Positions 10,320 to 19,152 of a stretch of DNA of 25,676 nucleotides are shown piece after piece. Below the pieces are notes generated by a model that made no database searches, was not told where the DNA came from, and saw nothing but the letters and a program-made list of their open reading frames with translations. Position 1 is the stretch's first letter; each line of letters opens with the position of its first letter. A program made the translations under genes and the position numbers. Source of the stretch: Flavobacteriales bacterium. Lineage in GTDB: Bacteria; Bacteroidota; Bacteroidia; Flavobacteriales; UBA7312. The stretch covers positions 1-25,676 of the forward strand of contig PKDP01000114.1 of NCBI GenBank assembly GCA_002862585.1, read 5' to 3'.

Positions 10320-11725
10320 TCAGATTTTGTTTTTAAAAAATCGAATAATAAGCGAACACCAACTCCTGTTCCGCCTTTACCATGATAGGCGTAAGGAGCC
10401 AATAAAAATGCTGGTCCAGCAATGTCCAAATGGGTATATGGATAGTCGGTGAAATGCTCTAGAAACTTACCGGCTGTAATGGCACCTGCTTCAGCTCCAC
10501 CAAGGTTTTTAAGGTCTGCAATAGGTGATTTTAAATCTTCCTTGTAGTCGTCCCAAAAAGGCATTTCAGCAATTCTTTCGTGTACATTTTTACCACTTTC
10601 TTTAAGTTCTTGCATAGTGCCTTCATCATTACCCATAGCTACTACGCCTCTTTTACCTATTGCTCTTGCTGCTGCACCGGTTAAGGTGGCAAGGTCAATC
10701 ACCAATTCTGGCTTGTAGTTTTTAGCAAAACTTAGTGCGTCTGCGAGTATTAATCGCCCTTCAGCATCTGTATTTAGCACCTCTACTGTTGTGCCGTCGT
10801 GCATAGTAATGACATCACCAGGAGCATAGGCATTTCCAGACGGACGGTTATCAGTTGCTGGCACAAGACCAATCACGTGTAGGTTTAGTTTAGCTTTAGC
10901 AATAGCATACATAGTTCCTACTACCGCTGCTGAGCCACCCATATCGCACTTCATCATATCCATAGAGTTGGCTGTTGGTTTTAGGGACAAGCCACCTGTA
11001 TCGTAAACAATCCCCTTTCCTACCAGTACAATTGGCTGACTATTGGAGTGCGTTTTGGGTTTCCACTCCATTATGCTGAAGGTTGGAGGGTCAATACTTC
11101 CTTTATTAACGGCTAACAAGCCGCCCATTTTTAGAGCTTCAATTTTTTTCTTGTGAAGAACTTCCACTTTAAAGCCTGCCACTTCGCCCATTTTCTCAAT
11201 ATCTTGGCTGTATTGCATAGCGGTGAGGTAGGAGAAAGGTTCATTTACTAAGTCTTTAGCAACATAAGTCCCTTCAATTACGGCATTGAGTTGATTGATT
11301 TCTTCCTCACCATTTGCCGAATGCAGACTAATCTCTTTAAGGCTATTTTTCTTTTTGTCGGTGAAGTACTTTAGGAATTGGTAATTGCTCAAGGCAAGAC
11401 CCTCAGTAAAAGCCCAAGCGACTTTTGGCTGATTGCTTAAGTCCACCACTGTGATATGGGCTATTTTTTCTTGGCAAATGCTAGAATGTAGAGCTTTAGC
11501 TGCTAGTCTATTACCTTCTAATTTTTCATCAGTTTTTTGAACAAATATAAACTGATTATAGCGGTTAATAGTTACGCTTTTATTGTCTTTGTCAAAGCTG
11601 TTTTGAATATAGTTTTTTTCCTCTTCAGAGAATGAAAAAGACGATAAATCGTCTATAGATTGGCATAAAAGCACCATGCATTGGCTATCGGGAATATGTT
11701 TTGCTAAAGAGATGAGTAAGTCCAT
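10316..11725 (-). CDS. pepA: Leucyl aminopeptidase (peptidase M17)
   Basis: VGKGIVYDTGGLSLK, MKCDMGG, NTDAEGRLILAD, DLATLTGA, HLDIAGPA. Its stop overlaps the pdxA start (ATGA). Confidence 0.94.
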   Translation of the reverse strand: MDLLISLAKHIPDSQCMVLLCQSIDDLSSFSFSEEEKNYIQNSFDKDNKSVTINRYNQFIFVQKTDEKLEGNRLAAKALHSSICQEKIAHITVVDLSNQPKVAWAFTEGLALSNYQFLKYFTDKKKNSLKEISLHSANGEEEINQLNAVIEGTYVAKDLVNEPFSYLTAMQYSQDIEKMGEVAGFKVEVLHKKKIEALKMGGLLAVNKGSIDPPTFSIMEWKPKTHSNSQPIVLVGKGIVYDTGGLSLKPTANSMDMMKCDMGGSAAVVGTMYAIAKAKLNLHVIGLVPATDNRPSGNAYAPGDVITMHDGTTVEVLNTDAEGRLILADALSFAKNYKPELVIDLATLTGAAARAIGKRGVVAMGNDEGTMQELKESGKNVHERIAEMPFWDDYKEDLKSPIADLKNLGGAEAGAITAGKFLEHFTDYPYTHLDIAGPAFLLAPYAYHGKGGTGVGVRLLFDFLKTKSE

Positions 11726-11737
11726 AATTTATTGTCG

Positions 11738-11745
11738 TATTTTTG
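11738..11745 (+). promoter_or_regulatory. -7 element (TATTTTTG) for mqnC-ribE-DUF3817
   Basis: Exact TAnnTTTG, 24 nt before the mqnC ATG. Confidence 0.7.
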
Positions 11746-11751
11746 TACCTT

Positions 11752-11759
11752 CAAAATTA
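11752..11759 (-). promoter_or_regulatory. -7 element (TAATTTTG) for pepA-pdxA
   Basis: Forward CAAAATTA = exact TAnnTTTG on the minus strand, 26 nt before the pepA ATG. Confidence 0.7.
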
Positions 11760-11769
11760 GACAATTTAG

Positions 11770-12894
11770 ATGAATTCAGACCAATTATTAAAACGTGCTT
11801 TAGCCTTTGAATTTTTAACGGCAGAGGAAGGGCAGTTTCTATTTGAAAATGTGCCAACGGCAGAATTAATGTGGGTAGCTAATGAATTGCGTAAAATTCA
11901 AAAACCCGATGGTTTAGTGACGTGGCAGATTGACAGAAACGTCAACACCACTAACGCTTGTATTGCTAATTGCAAGTTTTGTAACTTTTTCCGTCCTCCA
12001 GGACATGAGGAAGTGTATGTTACGACTATTGAGCAATACAAACCAAAGATTGAAGAAACCATTCGCTATGGTGGCGACCAATTACTTCTGCAAGGTGGAC
12101 ATCACCCTGAATTGGGATTGGATTTTTACACTAATTTATTCAAAGAATTAAAAGAATTATATCCAGAGATTAGGTTACACGCTCTTGGACCACCAGAGGT
12201 GGCACACATCTGCAAGTTAGAAGGTAAGTCGCATTTAGAAGTTTTAGCGGCATTGAAAGAGGCTGGAATGGACAGTCTGCCAGGAGCTGGTGCAGAAATC
12301 CTAAACGATAGGGTAAGGCGATTAATTTCTAGAGGAAAATGCACAGGTCAAGAGTGGTTAGACGTTATGCGTGCCTCCCACAAACTGGACATTACCACTT
12401 CGGCGACTATGATGTTTGGACATATAGAAACCCTAGAGGAACGTTTTGAACATTTAGTATGGATTCGTGAAGTACAAGTCGAAAAACCCAAAGATGCCAA
12501 TGGCTTTTTAGCCTTCATTCCTTGGCCCTTTATGGACGATGGCACTTTGCTAAAACGCATTAGAGGGATACAAAATAATGTGTCTGGCGACGAATATTTG
12601 CGTATGATTGCAATCAGTCGAATTATGTTGCCAAATATCAAAAACATACAAGCCTCTTGGTTAACGGTCGGTAAAGAAACCGCACAATTGTGTTTGGAAG
12701 GTGGCGCCAATGATTTTGGCTCCATAATGATTGAAGAAAACGTAGTATCGGCAGCGGGAGCTCCTCACCGTTTTACGTATAAAACCATACAGGAATCTAT
12801 TCGAAAAGCAGGTTTTGAGCCACAACTAAGAAGACAAGATTATACCTTCAGAGAAGTACCTGAGGGAATTGAAGAACAAGTCATTAATTACTAA
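11770..12894 (+). CDS. mqnC: Radical SAM enzyme, cyclic dehypoxanthinyl futalosine synthase (MqnC; CofH/MqnC/MqnE family)
   Basis: IDRNVN..NACIANCKFC (CxxxCxxC), LQGGHHP, GAEIL.DRVR, ATMMFGH, AFIPW, NIQASW and GANDFGSIMIEENVVSAAG. The last motif is the MqnC-type tail as I recall the family alignment. Confidence 0.85.
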   Translation: MNSDQLLKRALAFEFLTAEEGQFLFENVPTAELMWVANELRKIQKPDGLVTWQIDRNVNTTNACIANCKFCNFFRPPGHEEVYVTTIEQYKPKIEETIRYGGDQLLLQGGHHPELGLDFYTNLFKELKELYPEIRLHALGPPEVAHICKLEGKSHLEVLAALKEAGMDSLPGAGAEILNDRVRRLISRGKCTGQEWLDVMRASHKLDITTSATMMFGHIETLEERFEHLVWIREVQVEKPKDANGFLAFIPWPFMDDGTLLKRIRGIQNNVSGDEYLRMIAISRIMLPNIKNIQASWLTVGKETAQLCLEGGANDFGSIMIEENVVSAAGAPHRFTYKTIQESIRKAGFEPQLRRQDYTFREVPEGIEEQVINY

Positions 12895-12895
12895 A

Positions 12896-13474
12896 ATGTT
12901 TACAGGAATTATTGAACATATGGGTGAAGTCGTTGCTTTAGAAAAAGAGCAAGACAACCTTCATATATCTATGCGAACACCCATAACTTCTGAACTTAAA
13001 ATTGATCAGAGTGTTGCTCACAATGGTATTTGCCTGACGGTGGTAAATATTGAGGGAGATGTGTATACAGTAACTGCCATCAAAGAAACTCTTGACAAAA
13101 CCAATTTGGGACAATTAGAGGTAGGGCATAAAGTAAATATTGAACGATGTATGAAGTTGGGCGATAGACTAGACGGACATATTGTTCAAGGACACGTTGA
13201 CCAAACTGCAAAATGTACCGATATAGGCGTAGAAAACGGTTGGCATACCTTTACCTTTGACTATGAACCTTCGCAGCACATTACCGTAGAAAAAGGATCT
13301 ATTTGTGTTAATGGGGTGAGTCTTACGGTTGTCAATTCTAAGAAAAATAGTTTTTCTGTTGCCATAATACCCTATACCTTTGAGCACACTAATTTTCGAG
13401 ATTTTGAAGTGGGCACTACGGTCAATTTAGAGTTTGACATTATTGGAAAATACATTACAAAAATGAATTCATGA
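12896..13474 (+). CDS. ribE: Riboflavin synthase (alpha chain; ribC in E. coli nomenclature); start moved to the ATG at 12896
   Basis: Invariant N-terminal MFTGIIE, SVAHNGICLTV, GHIVQGHVD, KGSICVNGVSLTV, VNLEFD. Confidence 0.97.
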   Translation: MFTGIIEHMGEVVALEKEQDNLHISMRTPITSELKIDQSVAHNGICLTVVNIEGDVYTVTAIKETLDKTNLGQLEVGHKVNIERCMKLGDRLDGHIVQGHVDQTAKCTDIGVENGWHTFTFDYEPSQHITVEKGSICVNGVSLTVVNSKKNSFSVAIIPYTFEHTNFRDFEVGTTVNLEFDIIGKYITKMNS

Positions 13475-13749
13475 AAAAATTCTTTCGATTAATCACCCTA
13501 TTAGAGGGGCTCTCCTATATTCTTTTACTTTTTATTGCTGTGCCTTTGAAGTATGGTGCTGGTGATGATTTTTTGGTCAAAATATTAGGCATGCCTCATG
13601 GTGTTCTGTTTATGCTTTACTTGGCATTGGCTTTTTATTTGAAAGACAGCTACGAATGGAAATGGCAGCAGACGGCTGTTGTGTTTTTAGCATCTATCGT
13701 TCCTTTCGGCACGTTTTATGTGGATAGAAAATATCTAAAAGACAAGTAA
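13471..13749 (+). CDS. DUF3817-type small membrane protein
   Basis: LEGLSYILLLFIAVPLKY, GMPHGVLF, ASIVPFGTF pattern; about 3 TM segments; ATGA overlap with ribE. Confidence 0.85.
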   Translation: MKKFFRLITLLEGLSYILLLFIAVPLKYGAGDDFLVKILGMPHGVLFMLYLALAFYLKDSYEWKWQQTAVVFLASIVPFGTFYVDRKYLKDK

Positions 13750-15927
13750 ACGCTCGGTGTAGCAATGCCCTTGCAGTTGTATTTCTATAAAGTAAACTCC
13801 TGATTTTAGATGATGTAGAGCAATTGGGTTAGTCCATTTTTGGTTAAAGCTAACAACCTCTTTTCCTAAGCTATTTTTTATAGAAAGCCTTTCAAAATGA
13901 TTGTCTTGAACCGATAAGTCAATATTTAGTAAATCATTAGTAGGGTTTGGGTAAAGACTAAATGGCAGACCAAAAAAATCATTGAGTTGTTCCTTCATTA
14001 TCGTAGGTCTGATGGCAGCAAAAGAATATAAGCCCTTCACCGCTTCTTGCCAATCGTTAATGTCATTGGGCGTTGTCCACCTCATACAGTGTTCGTTCAC
14101 TTCTGGAGTATATAAAGCCTTTGTTTCGTCGATGTGTTTCATGAGGTTTTGAGTGCTGAATGTAGACTCAAGCAGCTCATTAAAACTATAACGAAAGGAC
14201 TGTTTAAAGTTCTTATTTTTGAAAAGGTGATGCATCAATTCGGCGGACCATTCAGGAAAATCTTGACGCACACCACGGGCAGATATAAAATCGCCTAAAA
14301 GTTCATAATTCTCATAACTCATGCATTCGTCACAGTCAAAAAATAACCACCGCCATTTACCATCTTTTTGGGCTTTCCAAAATTTGATGTTGTTGTGCGG
14401 CCAATCCGTATTTGACAAAAACAATTGGGTGCAATAGTAGTCAATGAGGTTATCGATATCTATCCAATTACTCACTTGTACGTAATGCACTTCTTGACTC
14501 AAATCATTTGTTTGCAAATAATTTCTCAATGTCAAAAAATCGGCATTGCTACCTTCTTCAACCTTAGCATCTGCAGATAATAAGTCTATATTTTCTACAC
14601 CTAAATAATCCTCAATAAAGTATTCGTCCATACGCTCGTTGAGGTGATGAATGCCCCAATACGAACCGTTTACAAAGACAATCACTTCTTGTGTGGCGGG
14701 GTGTTCCAAGTTTAACTCTTTGACAATTTTTTGAGCCAATTCGTTTTTAAACAAGGTGTTTTTCCAGTCGTTGGAACTGGCAGACCGTAGTATAATTCGT
14801 TTGAAAGAATCCTTCTCTTTGTCTTCAAAAAAGGGGTGATTCAGTCGCTTTTTGCCATAGCTATTACGAGCATAAAGCAATAGTGATTTTTGGGCGAGTG
14901 TTCGCCCTTTGTTACCATTGGTGCGAAGCCCCAGTTCTTGTTGAACAAGCAACTTACCATTGCGGTCAAAATATTCAAAATGGACAGGGCGTTCCCATTG
15001 TCTTCCTCTTTGTGAGTAGTTGGTATTTTGCCCTTTTACATAAATGCCACTTTCGTTGTCGAATAAATTGGCGTTTGGAGTAACTAATGATACTATTGGA
15101 AAGCTATACCTATCCAAAATATTCTCATCTACAAAATAGGTTTTGGTGTACACCTTACTAATTTGTTCTCCATCTAAAAAGGCGGCAATCCTGATGGTAT
15201 GTCCTTTGTAAATAGTTTCTTTGGGAGGATACCAATTATCAGCAGTTGGAATTTCAGAAATGCTATTAGGTTTGTTTTTCAAATCTCTTAGCGGCAAGGG
15301 ATTGTTGTATTGAGGAGAATTTGCTGTTGGAGGTTCACTATTGGTTGTAAAGTGAATGCTTGCTTGAGGGTTGGAGGCCAGAACTTCCAATTCAAAAAGC
15401 GTTTGCTGAAAGGCATTATGGTGCGAAAAATGCAGGACGCTAAACTCCTGTGCAATGGTGTCGTTTGTTGCATTTGGGCTAGGCGAATTTAATATCCCCA
15501 TTTGTGCTGCTCCGTCAGGAAATCTGCCAAATGCCTGATTATCAAGTAGGGGAACGGGAGGGAAAGAATCCACCAGTCCACTATCAATATGGCTGAGGTA
15601 AAGTGCTTCTCCTTGGCTGCTGATTTTGAAATTAGCGTGCAAGCCGCCATATTCATCGCTAGCAAAAATGATAATATGTGATTGACTATTGAGGGAGCTA
15701 TTGGGCAATTGCCATTTGTACGTATCGCTAAGGTCGTCAGACAGATAATAGTTATTCAAGAGAATTTCAGTAGCACCGTTGTTGTAAAGTTCTATCCAAT
15801 CCGAATAGTTTTGAAAGTCGTTCAGCAAACCACCTTCGTTTTTGGATACGATTTCGTTGAGTACAATTTGACTTTTTAGCGGAAGGCTTAGCCCAAGAAA
15901 AATTAATAGAGCAAGGCAAAGACGCAT
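13735..15927 (-). CDS. Secreted CotH-kinase family protein: signal peptide, lamin-tail domain, FN3-associated/chitobiase-like segment, CotH kinase domain, T9SS type A C-terminal domain
   Basis: Signal peptide ending LKS|Q; LTD motifs IVLNEI...DWIELYN, HANFKIS, FGRFPDG; CotH motifs WERP...QKSLLLYAR, YWGIHHLNER, NTDWPHNN, WRWLFFDCD; CTD LYPNP...LKSGVYFIEI. Confidence 0.85.
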   Translation of the reverse strand: MRLCLALLIFLGLSLPLKSQIVLNEIVSKNEGGLLNDFQNYSDWIELYNNGATEILLNNYYLSDDLSDTYKWQLPNSSLNSQSHIIIFASDEYGGLHANFKISSQGEALYLSHIDSGLVDSFPPVPLLDNQAFGRFPDGAAQMGILNSPSPNATNDTIAQEFSVLHFSHHNAFQQTLFELEVLASNPQASIHFTTNSEPPTANSPQYNNPLPLRDLKNKPNSISEIPTADNWYPPKETIYKGHTIRIAAFLDGEQISKVYTKTYFVDENILDRYSFPIVSLVTPNANLFDNESGIYVKGQNTNYSQRGRQWERPVHFEYFDRNGKLLVQQELGLRTNGNKGRTLAQKSLLLYARNSYGKKRLNHPFFEDKEKDSFKRIILRSASSNDWKNTLFKNELAQKIVKELNLEHPATQEVIVFVNGSYWGIHHLNERMDEYFIEDYLGVENIDLLSADAKVEEGSNADFLTLRNYLQTNDLSQEVHYVQVSNWIDIDNLIDYYCTQLFLSNTDWPHNNIKFWKAQKDGKWRWLFFDCDECMSYENYELLGDFISARGVRQDFPEWSAELMHHLFKNKNFKQSFRYSFNELLESTFSTQNLMKHIDETKALYTPEVNEHCMRWTTPNDINDWQEAVKGLYSFAAIRPTIMKEQLNDFFGLPFSLYPNPTNDLLNIDLSVQDNHFERLSIKNSLGKEVVSFNQKWTNPIALHHLKSGVYFIEIQLQGHCYTERLLVF

Positions 15928-16484
15928 TAATGGAAGCTTATTCCAACCTTAAATAAAATGAGGTCGAGGGTTAGGGATTCGGTATGGTAGATTTGTCCAT
16001 CTGTGTTGAGGTGCTCTAAATCCACTTTTTGCATGATGTAGCTCAGTCCAGCGCTTAGTCCCCATTTTTCATTTATTTGGTAGTAGTAGCCTATGCCTGG
16101 CGAGAAATATACTTTACCTACATAATTAGTGTAAATAGCGTTTTCAAAGTCGCTGTTTCTAGCTTTGGCATAGCCAATGGAGGTCGTGAAATAGGGGCTG
16201 TTACTTTGGCTTTTTTTATGGGCTCTGCATTGCAAGAATAGAGGGATAAACTCTTCGCTTTCCAATTGCATATACGCCGTTCCGACACCAATCTGTACAT
16301 AGTCGCCTAAGGATTTAGTAACATTAATCTCAGCCAAAGCACCAGACTTTAGAATGGGAAAGGTCTTGCTCAGCTGTATACCTCTCAGTCCGCCTACTTC
16401 TATTTGGGTGTTTAGTTGGGCATTTTGGCTGTAAGCCAGATTAAAGCTTATGATTAACAAGAGCGAAGTAATAATCCGTTTCAT
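15927..16484 (-). CDS. Small outer-membrane beta-barrel protein (probably 8-stranded)
   Basis: Sec signal ending AYS|Q; alternating Gly/aromatic strands (IGVGTAY, SIGY, PGIGYYY, LSAGLSY); C-terminal KVGISFH beta-signal-like end. Its TAA overlaps the CotH ATG (TAATG). Confidence 0.75.
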   Translation of the reverse strand: MKRIITSLLLIISFNLAYSQNAQLNTQIEVGGLRGIQLSKTFPILKSGALAEINVTKSLGDYVQIGVGTAYMQLESEEFIPLFLQCRAHKKSQSNSPYFTTSIGYAKARNSDFENAIYTNYVGKVYFSPGIGYYYQINEKWGLSAGLSYIMQKVDLEHLNTDGQIYHTESLTLDLILFKVGISFH

Positions 16485-16488
16485 TGCT

Positions 16489-16496
16489 CAAAGGTA
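16489..16496 (-). promoter_or_regulatory. -7 element (TACCTTTG) for the barrel-CotH pair
   Basis: Forward CAAAGGTA = exact TAnnTTTG, ending only 4 nt before the ATG. Confidence 0.55.
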
Positions 16497-16569
16497 AGGA
16501 AGTATTTTTTTATTTGTGACGGCTATAAATTTTATCCAATTCTTACTGGCTCTCAGAATTAAAATTCCT

Positions 16570-16577
16570 TATTTTCG
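16570..16577 (+). promoter_or_regulatory. Variant -7 element (TATTTTCG) for lepA
   Basis: One mismatch to TAnnTTTG, ending 6 nt before the lepA ATG; best candidate in the intergenic region. Confidence 0.4.
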
Positions 16578-16583
16578 CCTACT

Positions 16584-18374
16584 ATGAAACACATTCGAAA
16601 TTTCTGTATCATTGCTCATATCGACCACGGTAAAAGTACGCTAGCGGATAGGCTTTTAGAGTTTACTGGAACGGTAACTGAACGTGAAGCTCAGAACCAA
16701 TTGCTTGACGATATGGACTTGGAGCGTGAGCGAGGGATTACTATTAAAAGCCACGCTATACAGATGGAGTATTCACTAAATGGTGTAGACTACATACTGA
16801 ACCTTATCGACACTCCTGGTCACGTTGATTTTTCGTACGAGGTGTCGCGTTCTATCGCGGCTTGTGAAGGAGCCTTACTTATTGTAGATGCGGCTCAAGG
16901 TATTCAAGCCCAAACCATTTCCAATTTATATTTGGCATTGGAAAACGACTTAGAAATTATACCCGTTCTCAATAAAATTGACTTGCCCTCAGCTGATCCT
17001 GAAGTGGTAAAAGACCAGATTATTGACCTTATCGGATGTAAAGACGAAGAAATTATTCCTGCCTCTGCCAAAACAGGCTTAGGCATTGACGATATTTTAC
17101 ACGCTATTGTTGAGCGTGTGCCAGCTCCAAAAGGCGATGTTAACGCCCCCCTTCAAGCTATGATTTTTGATTCGGTGTATAACTCTTTTAGAGGGATTGA
17201 AGCCTATTTCAAAATCATTAATGGAACGATTAATAAAGGCGACGAAGTACAATTTATGGCAACTGGCAAAAACTATTTTGCCGATGAAATAGGAGCCTTG
17301 AAACTCAAGCAAAAGCCCATGAAAACTTTATCAGCAGGAGAAGTGGGTTACCTCATCTCTGGAATTAAAGATGCCAGAGAAGTTAAGGTGGGAGATACCA
17401 TTACACTAAAAAACAACCCTTCACAAGATGCCGTCCAAGGCTTTGAAGATGTAAAGCCCATGGTATTTGCAGGGATTTATCCAGTAGATACGGAAGACTA
17501 TGAAGAATTGCGTAATTCTATGGAAAAGCTTCAGCTCAACGATGCTTCATTGACTTTTGAGCCTGAATCCTCCGCCGCATTAGGCTTTGGTTTCCGTTGT
17601 GGCTTTTTAGGAATGTTGCACATGGAAATTATCCAAGAACGTTTGGAAAGAGAATTTGACATGACGGTGATTACTACCGTGCCTAACGTATCCTATTTTG
17701 CCTTTACCACAGCCGGAGAGAAGATGTCCATTCACAACCCTTCCGACTTGCCAGACCCTTCTACTATGGATTATGTGGAAGAGCCGTTTATCAAAGCACA
17801 AATCATTACCAAATCAGACTACGTTGGGGCGGTCATGTCCTTATGTATAGAAAAACGAGGGATACTCACTAACCAAGTTTATTTGACTACTGACAGGGTG
17901 GAGTTGTCTTTCGAAATGCCATTGGGTGAAATTGTTTTTGACTTTTATGACAAATTAAAAAGTATTTCAAGAGGGTATGCCTCATTTGATTATTTCCCGC
18001 TTGAGTACAGGCGTTCTAATTTAGCTAAATTGGACATTCTATTGAATGGCGACCAAGTGGATGCTTTATCTGCACTTATCCACCGTGACAACGCCTATAC
18101 TTTGGGTAAAAAGATATGTTTGAAGCTGAAGGAATTAATCCCGCGTCAGCAGTTTGATATTGCGATACAATCCGCTATAGGTGCAAAGATAATCTCTAGA
18201 GAAACAGTAAAAGCGGTGCGAAAAGACGTTACCGCTCGTTGCTATGGAGGTGATATTACCAGAAAAAGAAAGCTACTCGAAAAGCAGAAAAAAGGAAAGA
18301 AAAAAATGAGACAGATTGGAAGTGTGGAAGTCCCTCAATCTGCCTTTATGGCGGTTTTAAAGTTAGACGACTAA
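16584..18374 (+). CDS. lepA: Translation elongation factor 4
   Basis: [73 protein letters not shown]. Confidence 0.98.
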   Translation: MKHIRNFCIIAHIDHGKSTLADRLLEFTGTVTEREAQNQLLDDMDLERERGITIKSHAIQMEYSLNGVDYILNLIDTPGHVDFSYEVSRSIAACEGALLIVDAAQGIQAQTISNLYLALENDLEIIPVLNKIDLPSADPEVVKDQIIDLIGCKDEEIIPASAKTGLGIDDILHAIVERVPAPKGDVNAPLQAMIFDSVYNSFRGIEAYFKIINGTINKGDEVQFMATGKNYFADEIGALKLKQKPMKTLSAGEVGYLISGIKDAREVKVGDTITLKNNPSQDAVQGFEDVKPMVFAGIYPVDTEDYEELRNSMEKLQLNDASLTFEPESSAALGFGFRCGFLGMLHMEIIQERLEREFDMTVITTVPNVSYFAFTTAGEKMSIHNPSDLPDPSTMDYVEEPFIKAQIITKSDYVGAVMSLCIEKRGILTNQVYLTTDRVELSFEMPLGEIVFDFYDKLKSISRGYASFDYFPLEYRRSNLAKLDILLNGDQVDALSALIHRDNAYTLGKKICLKLKELIPRQQFDIAIQSAIGAKIISRETVKAVRKDVTARCYGGDITRKRKLLEKQKKGKKKMRQIGSVEVPQSAFMAVLKLDD

Positions 18375-18405
18375 TTTATATATTGCTTAAAATTATCCAA
18401 GAATT

Positions 18406-19152
18406 ATGGGAAGAGCATTTGAGTTTAGAAAAGCCCGAAAAATGAAACGTTGGTCTGCCATGGCAAAGACCTTTACACGTATTGGCAAAGACATCTCTAT
18501 GGCCGTCAAAGAGGGAGGGCCAAACCCAGAAACCAATTCACGACTGAGAGCGGTTATCCAAAATGCCAAGTCGGCGAATATGCCCAAAGACAATGTTGAA
18601 CGAGCCATAAAAAAAGCCTCAGGTTCAGACTCTGCCAATTATGTAGAAATGAGTTTAGAAGGGTATGCACCACATGGCGTTGCTGTCTTTGTAGAATGTA
18701 CTACCGATAATAATAATAGAACAGTTGCCAATGTGCGTTCCTATTTCAACAAATGTGATGGTAACTTAGGTACCAATGGCTCTTTGGAGTTTATCTTTGA
18801 CCGTAAGGCAGTATTTGCCTTTTCGGCTAGTCAGATAGAAATGGACTTGGAAGAGCTAGAAATGGAATTGATAGATGCTGGACTAGAAGAATTAGAAAAC
18901 GACGAAGGAACCCTTACCATAACCACAAACTTCACGGACTTTAGCAATATGCAAAAGCAATTGGAAAGCATGAACATAGAGTTAGAAAGTTCGGAATTAC
19001 AACGCTTTCCAAACAATACCAAATCCTTAGACTTAGAAGATGCAAAGCTAGTGCTTAAGCTAATCGATAAACTGGAAGAAGATGAAGATGTACAAAATAT
19101 CTTTCACAATATGGAGATGGGAGAAGAATTAATGGCTCAACTTGACGACTAA
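18406..19152 (+). CDS. yebC: YebC/PmpR/TACO1 family protein
   Basis: [75 protein letters not shown]. Confidence 0.96.
   Translation: MGRAFEFRKARKMKRWSAMAKTFTRIGKDISMAVKEGGPNPETNSRLRAVIQNAKSANMPKDNVERAIKKASGSDSANYVEMSLEGYAPHGVAVFVECTTDNNNRTVANVRSYFNKCDGNLGTNGSLEFIFDRKAVFAFSASQIEMDLEELEMELIDAGLEELENDEGTLTITTNFTDFSNMQKQLESMNIELESSELQRFPNNTKSLDLEDAKLVLKLIDKLEEDEDVQNIFHNMEMGEELMAQLDD

Noticed and set aside
11770-12894. Calling the radical SAM gene cofH (F420/FO synthesis) or mqnE
   Set aside because: QGGHHP and the MIEENVVSAAG tail fit MqnC, and there is no cofG or other cof gene here.
12869-12895. Upstream TTG start for ribE
   Set aside because: It overlaps mqnC, and riboflavin synthases begin with the functionally required MFTG at 12896.
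16525-16560. Short inverted repeats ATAAATTTTAT and AATTCT-N11-AGAATT in the largest spacer
   Set aside because: Only 5-6 bp AT-rich arms, expected by chance; no stable structure, riboswitch or sRNA is supportable.
18375-18405. TATATTGC as an internal yebC promoter
   Set aside because: It does not match TAnnTTTG well enough in an AT-rich spacer.
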